Shown here: positions 37,833-50,845 of the stretch, piece after piece
Layout of the letters: every line of letters starts with the position of its first letter
Position numbering within the stretch: position 1 is the stretch's first letter
DNA from: Anaeramoeba ignava BMAN
Taxonomy: Eukaryota; Protista; Anaeramoebae
Length of the DNA: 64,000 nucleotides
Assembly (NCBI GenBank): GCA_028826165.1
Contig: JAPDFW010000124.1
Location: forward strand, 1 to 64,000
Reading direction: 5' to 3'
The notes under the pieces: model-generated
What the model saw: the letters and a program-made list of their open reading frames with translations, nothing else
What the model was told of the DNA's origin: nothing
Databases searched by the model: none
Made by a program: the position numbers and the translations under genes

Positions 37833-39617
37833 ATGAATGATTGTTTATTTTTTGGTTCAAATCAATTTCCAAAACTTATCAAAAATGAACCAAATGAAAT
37901 AACAAAACCAATTCAATTTAAATTTGAAAATGAAAATGAAAATGAAAATGAAAATGAAAAACAAATTAAACAAATTTCATCAGGTTATTATTCAACAATT
38001 TTCCTTTTTAAAAATGGAAAAGCAATAGAATATTTATTTAATTCAAAACAAAATCCTGAAAAAATCCAAATTGAAGAAAATATTCAAAAAGTAACTGTTG
38101 GTTATGATAATGAAGCTATTTTAACAATAGAAAGAAATGTATTTGCCAAAGGATATTATGTTAATTCAAAAAATCCAAATAAATTTATCAATATTTCATC
38201 ATTAATTGAAGATAAAAATGATAGAATAATTCAAGATGTTGTTTCTGGATATGATTCAATTTATTTATTAACTTCAAATCAAAATGCTTATGGAATTGGT
38301 TACAATTTTGATGGTCAACTTGGTTTTGATTCTAAAACACTTCCAAAAACAGAAAAACCAATTTTAATGATGAAAAATGTTTCTAAAATATTTTCAGGAA
38401 ATACTTCATATTCCGTTTTTCTTTTAAATTCAAATCAAGAATTATTTGGATGCGGATGGAATAATTATGGTCAAGTTGGATTAGGAGAATCAATAAAAGA
38501 AAAAAAAATCCAAAAATTAACCAAAATCCAAAATATTCCAAAAGGCAAAATAATTGATATTCAATGTGGATATGATTATTCAATAATGTTGATTGAAAAT
38601 GAAAATGAAAATGAAAATCCAAAAAGAAAACTTTATTCATGTGGATATTGGCAATATAATGGACTTGGCAAAAATGAAGATACTTATGAATTTACTGAAA
38701 TCAAATCATCTTTATTTGAAAATGATGATAATATTCTTGATTTTTCTGTTGGAAATGTTCATACTTTGATTTTAACTTCAAATTCAAAATTAATAGGTTT
38801 CGGTCATAATTTTTCTGGACAATTAGCAACTGGAGATACAAATGATCAAAAATTCCAATTCAAATTGAACTTCCTAAATTAAGATTTAATGAAAATATTT
38901 CTAATTATCATATTTCTTGTGGATATAACAAATCATTTCTTTATTATTCTCCTTTCTTTTTCCAATCTTGAAGAAGATTTGATAAAATTATTTAGAAGAA
39001 AAGAATTTTGTGATATTTCATTTAAAACCAAAAATGGAGAAATAATTGAAGCTCATAAATTAATATTGAAATACAGATTAAATCAAAATAAAAATGAAAT
39101 TGAAAAACTTCAAGAAATTATTTCAAATAAATCAATTAAAGAATCAAATCAAATATTTGAAATGATTTATTCAAACAGAATAATAAATCCAAAATTATAT
39201 TCTGAAATTAAAGAAATTATAAATTCAAATGAAAAAATTGAAGAAACAATGAAAAGAATTTATTTAAATGAAAATGAAAATGAAAAAGATTTTATAATTG
39301 AAAGAAAAGAAAAACAATATAAATTTCCAAAATTAATATTAATAATGAGAAGTGAATTATATCGAGGAATGTTTTTATCTGTAACAAAAGATAAATCTAA
39401 TAAAGTTACAGATTATAGTGAATTAAGTAATAAATCATTTCAAATATTTGAATATTGGATTTATTCAAATCAAATTAAAAATGAAATTCAAATTACACAT
39501 GCAACCATTGATGAAATCAATTAAATCAAATTGGAATTGATTTATTTTTAATTAAAAATTAAAAATCAAAAATTAAAATCAAATTTATTAATTAATAAAT
39601 TTAATAATAAAAACTAA
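37833..39617 (+). CDS. RCC1/BLIP-II beta-propeller + tandem BTB protein (intronless; frameshifts near 38850-38950 and 39520; 3' end approximate)
   Basis: RCC1 repeats (YGIGYNFDGQLG, FGCGWNNYGQVGLG, IQCGYDYS, FSVGNVHTLIL, FGHNFSGQLATG) followed by FCDISFK..IEAHKLILKYR and a second BTB-like domain. Confidence 0.88.
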
Positions 39618-39829
39618 AATCAAATGAAAAAAAGAAAGAAAATTAAAATTAAAATTAAAATTAAAATCAAAATCAAAATCAAAATCAAAATTAAAATTAA
39701 AATTAAAATTAAAATTAAAATTAAAATTAAAATTAAAATTAAAATTAAAATTAAAATTAAAATTAAAATTAAAATTAAAATTAAAATTAAAGTCGTTTTT
39801 GATTTTTTGAAAAGAAAAAGAAAAAAAGA

Positions 39830-42800
39830 TTAATTTTTTGAAAAAGATTTGGAATAAAAATCAATTAAATAAGATCCTAAAATTGAATTTTGATTTAATT
39901 GATAAAAATCTTTTAAATCAGTAAATTCTTCAATATTTTTTTTGGTTAATTTTGTTTCATCAATTTTATCATTATAAAGAAAATAAATTAATTGATTAAT
40001 TGTTTCAAATGATTTTCTTGAATATTCATGAACTTGATTTGATGAATCATTAACATTTAAAAACATTCCTTTAAATAATTCACTTCTTATTTGTAATATT
40101 AATTTATGAACTTTAATTTCTTTTTCTTCAACAATTATTGTAAAATCTTTGGTTTCATTTTCTTGATAAAATTGTTCAAAATCTTTTAATATTCCTTTTA
40201 TTCCTTCTTTTTCTTTAATCCAATTTAAATCAAATCCTGTTTGTTCAAATAAATCATAAGTTAATCCTTTTTGAAATTTTTCATTTTGTTTTTCAATTTC
40301 ATTTAAAATTAATTCTTCTTCTTTTTTTTGATTTTCAAATTCAATTTCATTTGAAAATAAAAATTGAAAATTTGAATCAATTTGTGTTTTTTTTTGAATA
40401 AATTGATTATTAAATTTTTCAATAAATTTATCAAAATCAATAAATCCTGTATAAAGGAAATTTAATGCAAATTGAATAATTTCTTTTGATTTTCTTCTGC
40501 AAATATTAATAAATCTTGTTAAAATTTTTTGATTATTATTAAATCTAATTAATAAAATTTGATTATGAATTTTAATTATTTCATTATCATTACTTTTAAT
40601 TTCAATATCTTTAAATTCATTTGATTTCAAAAAATTGTTTAAATCATCATTAAATGAATAAATTTTTGGAAATAAATCAATTATTTCTTGATTAATTTCA
40701 TTTTCTTTCAATTCAAAAATATTCAAATATCTTATTAATAAAATTATAATTTCATTTGGATAATTATTTTTCAAAGCAAAATGTAAAGGTATTTCATTTT
40801 CATTATTTTTTGAATTAATATCAGAACCTTTGGAAATTAATAATTCAATAATTTCTTTTGAATTTTGATATTTCAAAGCAATATGTAAAGGTATTTCATT
40901 CCAATAATTTTTTGAATTAATATTAGAACCTTTGGAAATTAATAATTCAATAATTTCATTTGAATTTTTATTTTTCAAAGCAATATGTAAAGGTATTTCA
41001 TTCCATTTATTTTTTGAATTAATATTAGAACCTTTGGAAATTAATAATTCAATAATTTGATTTGAATATTTATTTTTCAAAGCAATATGTAAAGGTATTT
41101 CATTTTGGTTATTTTGTGAATTAATATTAGAACCTTTGGAAATTAATAATTCAATAATTTCATTTGGATATTTATTTTCCAAAGCAATATGTAAAGGTAT
41201 TTCATTCCATTTATTTTTTGAATTAATATTAGATTCTTTAGAAATTAATAATTCAATAATTTCTTTTGAATTTTTGTATTTCAAAGCAATATGTAAAGGT
41301 ATTTCATTTTCATTATTTTTTGAATTAATATCAGAACCTTTGGAAATTAATAATTCAATAATTTCTTTTGATTTTTGTATTTCAAAGCAATATGTAAAGG
41401 TATTTCATTTTCTTTATTTTTTGAATTAATATCAGAACCTTTGGAAATTAATAATTCAATAATTTCTTTTGGATTTTTATTTTTCAAAGCAATATGTAAA
41501 GGTATTTCATTCCATTTATTTTTTGAATTAATATTAGATTCTTTGGAAATTAATAATTCAATAATTTCATTTGGATATTTATTTTTCAAAGCAATATGTA
41601 AAGGTATTTCATTCCAGTTATTTTTTGAATTAATATTAGAACCTTTGGAAATTAATAATTCAATAATTTCATTTGTGTATTTATTTTGTAAAGCAATATG
41701 TAAAGGTATTTCATTTAGATTATTTTTTGAATTAATATTAGAACCTTTGGAAATTAATAATTCAATAATTTCATTTGGATATTTATTTTTCAAAGCAATA
41801 TGTAAAGGTATTTCATTCCATTTATTTATTAAATTAATATTAGAACCTTTGGAAATTAATAATTCAATAATTTCATTTGGATATTTATTTTTCAAAGCAA
41901 TATATAAAGATATTTCATTCCATTTATTTATTAAATTAATATTAGAACCTTTGGAAATTAATAATTCAATAATTTCTTTTGAATATTTATTTTTCAAAGC
42001 AATATATAAAGGTATTTCATTTTTATTATTTTTTGAATTAATATCAGATCCTTTGGAAATTAATAATTCAATAATTTCTTTTGAATATTTATTTTTCAAA
42101 GCAATATGTAAAGGTATTTCATTTTTATTATTTTTTGAATTAATATCAGAACCTTTGGAAATTAATAATTCAATAATTTCATTTGGATATTGATTTTTCA
42201 AAGCAAAATGTAAAGGTATTTCATTTTGGTTATTTTTTGAATTAATATTAGAACCTTTGGAAATTAATAATTCAATAATTTCTTTTGAATTTTGATATTT
42301 CAAAGCAATATGTAAAGGTATTTCATTACATTTATTTTTTGGATTAATATCAGATTCTTTGGAAATTAATAATTCAATAATTTCTTTTGGGTATTGATTT
42401 TTCAAAGCAATATGTAAAGGTATTTCATTTTGGTTATTTTTTGAATTAATATCAGATTCTTTGGAAATTAATAATTCAATAATTTCATTTGTATATTTAT
42501 TTTCCAAAGCAATATGTAAAGGTATTTCATTCCATTTATTTTTTGAATTAATATCAGAACCTTTGGAAATTAATAATTCAATAATTTCATTTGGATATTT
42601 ATTTTTCAAAGCAATATGTAAAGGTATTTCATTCCATTTATTTTTTGAATTAATATTAGAACCTTTGGAAATTAATAATTCAATAATTTCATTTTGGATA
42701 TTTATTTTTCAAAGCAATATGTAAAGGTATTTCATTCCATTTATTTTTTGAATTAATATTAGAAACTTTGGAAATTAATAATTCAATAATTTCATTTGGG

Positions 42801-44692
42801 TATTGATTTTTCAAAGCAATATGTAAAGGTATTTCATTCCATTTATTTTTTGAATTAATATCAGATTCTTTGGAAATTAATAATTCAATAATTTCATTTG
42901 GATATTTATTTTTCAAAGCAATATGTAAAGGTATTTCATTTTGATTATTTTTTGAATTAATATCAGAACCTTTGGAAATTAATAATTCAATAATTTCTTT
43001 TGGATATTTATTTTCCAAAGCAATATGTAAAGGTATTTCATTTTGATTATTTTTTGAATTAATATCAGAACCTTTGGAAATTAATAATTCAATAATTTCA
43101 TTTGGATATTTATTTTTCAAAGCAATATGTAAAGGTATTTCATTTTCATTATTTTTTAAATTAATATCAGAACCTTTGGAAATTAATAATTCAATAATTT
43201 CATTTGGATAATTATTTCTCAAAGCAATATGTAAAGGTATTTCATTTTGATAATTTTTTGAATTAATATCAGATTCTTTGGAAATTAATAATTCAATAAT
43301 TTCATTTGGATTTTTATTTTTCAAAGCAATATGTAAAGGTATTTCATTTTGATTATTTTTTGAATTAATATCAGAACCTTTGGAAATTAATAATTCAATA
43401 ATTTCTTTTGAATTTTGATATTTCAAAGCAATATGTAAAGGTATTTCATTCCAATAATTTTTTGAATTAATATCAGAACCTTTGGAAATTAATAATTCAA
43501 TAATTTCATTTGGATATTTATTTTTTAAAACGAATTCTAAAGGTGTTTCATTTTGATAATTTTTTGAATTAATATCAGATTCTTTGGAAATTAATAATTC
43601 AATAATTTCATTTGGATTTTTATTTTTCAAAGCAATATGTAAAGGTATTTCATTTTGATTATTTTTTGAATTAATATCAGAACCTTTGGAAATTAATAAT
43701 TCAATAATTTTATTTGGATATTGATATCTCAAAGCAATATGTAAAGGTGTTTTATTTTGATTATTTTTTGAATTAATATTAGAACCTTTGGAAATTAATA
43801 ATTCAATAATTTCTTTTGAATTTTGATATTTCAAAGCAATATGTAAAGGTATTTCATTCCAATAATTTTTTGAATTAATATCAGAACCTTTGGAAATTAA
43901 TAATTTAATAATTTCTTTTGGATTTTGATATTTCAAAGCAATATGTAAAGAATTATTTCTGTTTTTATCATTCCAATTTAAATTTGTTTCTTTTTCAATA
44001 AGTTTTTGGATAATTTCTTTTTTTGATTTATTTTTAAAAGCATAATTTAGAAAAGGTTCATTTTCTTTTTCAAATTGTTCTGTTGTTTTTAAAGTTGGAA
44101 TTGAATCAATGAATTTAATATTATTTGTTTTTATTGCTTTATAAACTTTTTTTAATTGATTTGTGTTTTGATTTATGTTTTGATTTGTGTTTTGATTTGT
44201 GTTTTGATTTATGTTTTGATTTATGTTTTGATTTATAAATTGATCGAGATAATGTTTTAACAATTGATTTGTGTTTTGATTTATGTTTTGATTTATGTTT
44301 TGATTTATGTTTTGATTTATGTTTTGATTTATGTTTTGATTTATGTTTTGATTTATGTTTTGATTTATGTTTTGATTTATAAATTGATCGAGATAATGTT
44401 TTAACAATTGATTTATATTTTGATTTATGTTTTGATTTATGTTTTGATTTGTGTTTTGATTTATGTTTTGATTTATGTTTTGATTTGTGTTTTGGTTTAT
44501 GTTTTGATTTATGTTTTGATTTATGTTTTGATTTATGTTTTGATTTATGTTTTGATTTATGTTTTGATTTGTGTTTTGATTTATGTTTTGATTTATGTTT
44601 TGATTTATGTTTTGATTTATGTTTTGATTTATGTTTTGATTTGTGTTTTGATTTGTGTTTTGATTTATGTTTTTATTTGTATTTGAATTCAT
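39830..44692 (-). CDS. Intronless ankyrin-repeat + tandem BTB protein, with an N-terminal (NINQ)n tract, ~31 34-aa ankyrin repeats and two BTB-like domains; two frameshifts (~42690, ~41370)
   Basis: The 102-bp repeats encode NEIPLHIALKNKYPNEIIELLISKGSDINSKNxx. The C-terminus is closely similar to 12430-13306 (YSFNxDLNNFLKSNEFKDIEIK; KGLxYDLFEQTGFDxNWIKEKEGIKGILKD). Confidence 0.9.
44155..44680 (-). repeat. 12-bp coding minisatellite (CAAAACATAAAT)n = (QNIN)n
   Basis: Read directly; includes a duplicated LLKHYLDQF insert. Confidence 0.93.
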
Positions 44693-44795
44693 TGTTTTAA
44701 AAAAAAATAAAAATTAAAAAAATGAAAAAGAAATTTTTTAATTTTTATTTTTCCTTTTTTTCCTTTTTTTCCTTTTTTTGTTTATTTTTAATAAA

Positions 44796-46993
44796 ATGGA
44801 GAATTTATCAGATTTTAAATTAGAAATATTTTTAAGAATAAAGTGAAAAAAAAAATTTATTAAAAAAAAAAACTAAAAATAATTTTAATTTTGTTTAAAA
44901 TAGAAATTTGAAAATACAAAAAAAAGAAACAATAATTACAATAAAAAATAATAAATCGGAAGAAAAGGAATGTGAAAATATGTAAATTTACAAATTAAAA
45001 GATAATTCAAAAAAGAAAAAAATTGAAAAAAAAAATCAACAAAAATAATTTGAATGGAAAAGATCTAATCAAAATATTAAATGGGAACATCGTTTTGAAT
45101 GTGAATATTCTTTTGGACAGATTGACATTTATGAAGTTAGAAAATATTTTATTGAAGATGAAAGAAGAAAAGCATTTGGAAAAGTAGAAAAATAAGGAAA
45201 AAAAATTTTACAAATTTAAAACATTTTTTACGAAAAAAAAATTGAATTAAATTCTTGGTTTTAAATTTAGTTACAATTCTCTTTAGCAGAAATAATTTAT
45301 TCAAATGGAATGAAATTAACAAAACCGTTATTAAATGAAAATAATGAAGATTTAGGTGAATCAATAGAAATTATAGCAAGAGAAGTAAATTTAAAAATTT
45401 TAGAATTAAAAATTGAATTAAAAATTTGAATTGATTTTTTTTATTAGATTCAAAACATAAATTTATCACTTACATTGAATATATTTGGGTAAAAACAAAA
45501 AGTCATTTCATTTTAAATTAATTTTTTAATCATTTCATTTTAAATCAATTTAAAAAGTCGAAAACTTGATCCAAAAGTAATTCAATGAAAAATCAAAATC
45601 AAAATCAAAATCAAAATCAAAATCATTTTTAAAATAAAATAAAATAAAATAAAATAAAATAAAAGGGATCTTATTTGATTTTTAAAAAACCAAATCAAAA
45701 AGAAATTTTTAAAACTGAAACTCAAACTCAAAAATCACCAAAATGGAAACCAGTTATAATTTCTACAAATCAATTATGTGATAATAATTTATCAAAATTA
45801 ATTCTTGTTGAATGTTATGTTAGTGAACAAAAATATTAAGAAAAAAAATTAATCAATGAAATTTTCTTTAATTTTCTTTAATTTTCTTTTAACTTTTCTT
45901 GTTAATAGAAATTTGATTCAACTTTTATAGGAAATTTTCAAGTATTCAAAAAAAAATATTCAAATTAATATCAAAAATTTGAAATTTAATACATTTTCTT
46001 TTATAAATTTTTCAAGTTTACAATGGAAAATTTAATTTCTCAAAACCAAGTTACTTTGCCATTAAAAATCGCAAATTCTCAAAAAAAAACCAAAAGTGAA
46101 ATTGTCATACAAATCTCAGAAAAAAATCAAGAAAAATCCTTTTTAGATTTTCTTCAGAAAACAATGTTTCATTTAATTATTGGGATTGATTTTACAATTT
46201 CAAATGGAAGAGCAAATATGGAATCTTCACTTCATCATTTAGACAAATCACAACCAAATCAATATCAACAAATAATTAGTCAAATTGGGAATGTTTTTGA
46301 ATATTTGAACAAATCCAAGAAGAAATTACAAATTCCTGTATTTGGATTTGGAGCAAAATTTATTTCTCAAAATGGAAAAGAAATTACACCTGATTTTTTC
46401 CCTTTGAATAACAATTCAGATAATCCAGAAATTAAAGGGATTGATAATGTATTATCTCAATATGAAAATTCAGTTGAAACATTATATTTTTATGGACCTT
46501 CTAATTTTATTCCAATAATTACTTCAACAAAACAAATTACGAAACACAAATTTTCCAGCAATGGTACTTTATATTTAATTTATATTTAATATTTAATTTA
46601 TATTTAATTTATATTTAATTTATTATTTAAAGATTATTATGTTCTTTTAATAATTACAGATGGAGATGTTATTAGAATTTCAGAATTCCAAAAAGAAATT
46701 GAGAGTTTAAATAATTATTCTTTAAGTATTGTTGTTTTTGGAATTGGTGATCTTGAGTTTCCTGAACTTGAAATGATTGATCAACAAGATTTAAATGGTT
46801 TTACTTTTATTCCTTTTTCTAAAATTGAAAAAAATACAAATTTTGCTAAAAAAGTGTTAAGAAAAGTAATTTTATTTTTAATTTTAATTTTAATTTTTAA
46901 TTTTAATTTTAATTTTAATTTTAATTTTAATTTTAATTTTAAATTTAATTTTAGATTCCAAAACATTGTATTCAACAATTTAAGCAAAAATAA
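44796..46993 (+). CDS. Copine (C2A-C2B-vWA), about 10 exons including microexons 45558-45576 and 45909-45941; 5' exons uncertain
   Basis: vWA: IIGIDFTISNG, SLHH, NQYQQ, IPVFGFGAK, FYGPSNFIPII, YYVLLIITDG, SIVVFGIGD. C2 pieces: LQFSLAEII..LTKPL, FKTE...SPKWKP...LCDNN...VECY, FIGNFQFT. Confidence 0.85.
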
Positions 46994-47242
46994 TTTTAAT
47001 TTTTAAAAAATTTAAAAAGGAAAATTTAAAAAGGAAAATTTGAAAGGAAAAAGATCGATCTTATTTTTAAAAAAAAAATACAATCAAAAAATAAAAGATC
47101 AAAAATTAAAAAAAAAAATGAATTAAATTTGAAAGAGAATTTGAAAGAAACGAAAATTTGAAAGAAAATTTGAAAGAATTTGAAAGGAGAAAAAGGGAAG
47201 AAGAATTTTGAGAAAATCTAAAAAAAAAGAAAAAAAAAATAA

Positions 47243-48798
47243 TCATTTCTTTGATTTCTTATTCATATGAGCTTTTAACCAATCAAGACCTTCTTTTAAA
47301 CCATCACCAGAAATAGCACAAGAAGTTTGAACAAACCAAACACGATCTTTAAGACTAGAAAGTTTGAGTTTTTCAGTAATTTCATCAGCTGTCATTGGAT
47401 TTGGTAAATCTTGTTTATTTGCAAGTATTAAAATAATTGCATCTTTAAGTTCTTGGTTTGTCATCATACTCGTAAACTCTTTAGTCGCTTCATCTATACG
47501 ATCACGATCACTACTATCGATAACAAATACTATCGCCTCAGTGTCTTCGTAATAATGTCTCCAAAGTGGTCGAATTTTATCTTGTCCTCCAACATCCCAA
47601 ACTGTGAATTTGACACTTCCATATTTTACTTCTTCGACATTGAAACCTTTTTTTTCCAAATTTTTAATTTTAATTTTTAATTTTAATTTTAATTTTAATT
47701 TTAATTTTAATTTTAATTTTAATTTTAATTTTAATTTTAATTTTAAATTTTATAAATGAATTTTAATTTTAATTTTGATTTTAATTTTAATTTATTTTAA
47801 TTTTATTATTAATTTTAATTATAATTTTAATTTTTAATTTTAATTTTAATTTTAATTTTAATTTTAATTTTAATTTCAATTTTAATTTAAATTTTAATTT
47901 TAATTTTAATTTTAATTTTAATTTTAATTTTAATTTTAATTTAAATTTTAATTTTGATTTTAATTTTGATTTTAATTTGAATTTTAATTTTATAAATGAA
48001 TTTTAATTTTGATTTTTAATTTTAATTTTAATTTTAATTTTAATTTTAATTTTAATTTTAATTTTAATTTTAATTTTAATTTTAATTTTAAATTTTATAA
48101 AATGAATTTTAATTTTTAATTTTAATTTTAATTTTAATTTTAATTTTAATTTTAATTTTAATTTTTAATTTTAATAAAAATTAATTTTTAATTTTAATTT
48201 TAATTTTAATTTTAATTTTAATTTTTAATTTTTAATTTTAATTTTAATTTTAATTTTAATTTTAATTTTTAATTTTAATTTTAATTTTAATTTTAATTTT
48301 AATTTTAATTTTAATTTTAATTTTAATTTTAATTTTAATTTTAATTTTAATTTTAATTTTAATTTTAATTTTTAATTTTAATTTTAATTTTAATTTTAAT
48401 TTTAATTTTAATTTTAATTTTAATTTTAATTTTAATTTTAATTTTAATTTTAATTTTAATTTTAATTTTAATTTTTAATTTTAATTTTGATTTTAATTTT
48501 AATATTAATTTTAATTTTTAATTTTAATTTTAATTTTAATTTTAATTTTAATTTTGATTTTAATTTTAATTTTAATTTTAATTTTAATTTTAATTTTTAA
48601 TTTTAATTTTGAATTTAATTTTAATTTTGATTTTTAATTTTAATTTTATTTTTAATTGAGTTTTTATTTACCAACCGTTGGTGATGTTTCAGTTGCTTTC
48701 TTTTTTGATAATTTTAATAATGTTGTTGTTTTTCCTGCTGAATCTAATCCAACCATTAAAACTCTTAAAGTTTTATTTTTTGAAAACCATTTTCCCAT
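47243..48798 (-). CDS. ADP-ribosylation factor (Arf) family GTPase. Exons: 48798-48672, 47646-47243
   Basis: MG myristoylation start, [40 protein letters not shown] and SCAISGDGL. Confidence 0.95.
47660..48655. repeat. Intronic (AATTTT)n
   Basis: Fills the Arf intron. Confidence 0.93.
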
Positions 48799-49059
48799 TT
48801 TGTTTTGTTTTATTTTTTTTTGTTGTTGTTTTAAAAATTGAAAAAAGTATTCAAAATCCAATTTAATGAAATTTTGTTTTTTTTTTTTAAATGGAGAATG
48901 ATGTAAAAAAAAATAAAGATAAAAGAAAAAAAGATCAATAAAAAAAAATAAAAGAAAAAAGAAAAAAAATGATTTTAAATAAAATTAAAAAAAATTTTTT
49001 TCTTTTAATTAATAAAAAAGGAGAAAAAAAAAAAGGAGAAAAATTAAATATTTTTTAAT

Positions 49060-50760
49060 TAATTTTTTAATCAATAATTTAATTAGATTTAAATATAATT
49101 TAATTAATAATTTTATTTATAATTTAATTTTAAAATTAATTCCACTTTTTTTAATTAATAATTTAATTCAATTTTTAATCAATAATTTAATTAGATTTGA
49201 ATATAATTTTATTTATAATTTAATTTATAATTTAATTTTAAAATTAATTCCACTTTTTTAATTTATAATTTAATTAAATTTTTATCAATAATTTAATTAG
49301 ATTTGAATATAATTTAATTTATAATTTAATTTATAATTTAATTTTAAAATTCATTCCACTTTTTTTATTTATAATTTAATTAATAATTTAATCCAATTTT
49401 TAATCAATAATTTAATTAGATTTGAATATAATTTTATTTATAATTTAATTAATTTAATTAATAATTTTATTAATAATTTAATTCAATTTTTAATCAATAA
49501 TTTTAATTAGATTTGAATATAATTTTATTTATAATTCAATTTTAAAATTCATTCCATTTTTTTAAAATTTAATTAATTTTTTTATTTAATAATTTAATTC
49601 AATTTTTAATCAATAATTTAATTAGATTTGAATATAATTTAATTTATAATTTTATTTATAATTTAATTTTAAAATTAATTCCACTTTTTATTTATAATTT
49701 AATTAATAATTTTATTAATAATAATTTAATTGATTTAAATATAATTTCATTTATAATTTCACTTTTTATTTAATTTTTAAAATTAATTCCAATTTTTTAT
49801 TTATAATTTAATTTTAAAATTAATTCAATTTTTTTATTAATAATTTAATCCAATTTTTAATCAATAATTTAATTAGATTAGAATTAATTCAATTTTTTTA
49901 TTAATAATTTAATCCAATTTTTAATCAATAATTTAATTAGATTAGAATATAATTTAATTTATAATTTTATTTATAAATTAATTTTTAAATTTAATTTAAT
50001 TAATTTTAATATTTATAATTTAATCCAATTTTAATCAATAATTTAATTAGATTTGAATATAATTTTAAAATTTATAATTTAATTTATAATTAATTAAAAA
50101 TTTCATTCCACTTTTTAATTTATAATTTAATTCAATTTTTATCAATAATTTTAAATAAGATTTTTAAATAATAATTTTAATTCATAATTTAATTTAATTA
50201 TTTTTAATTAATTTTTAGATTTGAATATAATTTAATTTATAAATTATTTTTAAAAATTCATTCCACTTTTTATTTATAATTTAATTAATTTTAATCCAAT
50301 TTTTAATCAATAATTTAATTCAGATTTTATTTATAATTTAATTCAATTTTAATCAATAATTTAATTTTTAATTCATTTAATTTAATTTATAATTTAATTT
50401 ATAAATTAATTTTAAAATTAATTCCACTTTTTATTTATAATTTAATTAATAATTTGATTCAATTTTTATCAATAATTTAATTAGATTTGAATATAATTTA
50501 ATTTTAAAATTCATTCCACTTTTTATTAATAATTTAATTTTTAATCAATAATTTGAATATAATTTTATTTGATTTATAATTTAATTTTAAAATTCATTCC
50601 ATTTTTATTAATAATTTAATTCAATTTTAATCCAATTTTTATCAATAATTTAATTTGTAATTTAATTTTAAAATTCATTCCACTTTTTTTATTTATAAAA
50701 TTTAATTTTTAATCAATAATTTGAATATAATTTGATTCAATTTTTTATCAATAATTTGAA
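49060..50760. repeat. Degenerate complex satellite with a ~100-bp unit
   Basis: Recurring blocks TCAATAATTTAATTAGATTTGAATATAATTT and TTAAAATT(A/C)ATTCCACTTTTT. Confidence 0.85.
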
Positions 50761-50845
50761 TTTAATTCATTTTAAATTCATTTTAAATTCATTTTTAATT
50801 GTTTATTGTTTTTTTATTTGTTTTTTTATTTAAAAAAAAAATGGA

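Noticed and set aside
41136-42724. Plus-strand repetitive ORFs (EINNSIISF...)
   Set aside because: They are antisense shadows of the minus-strand ankyrin array.
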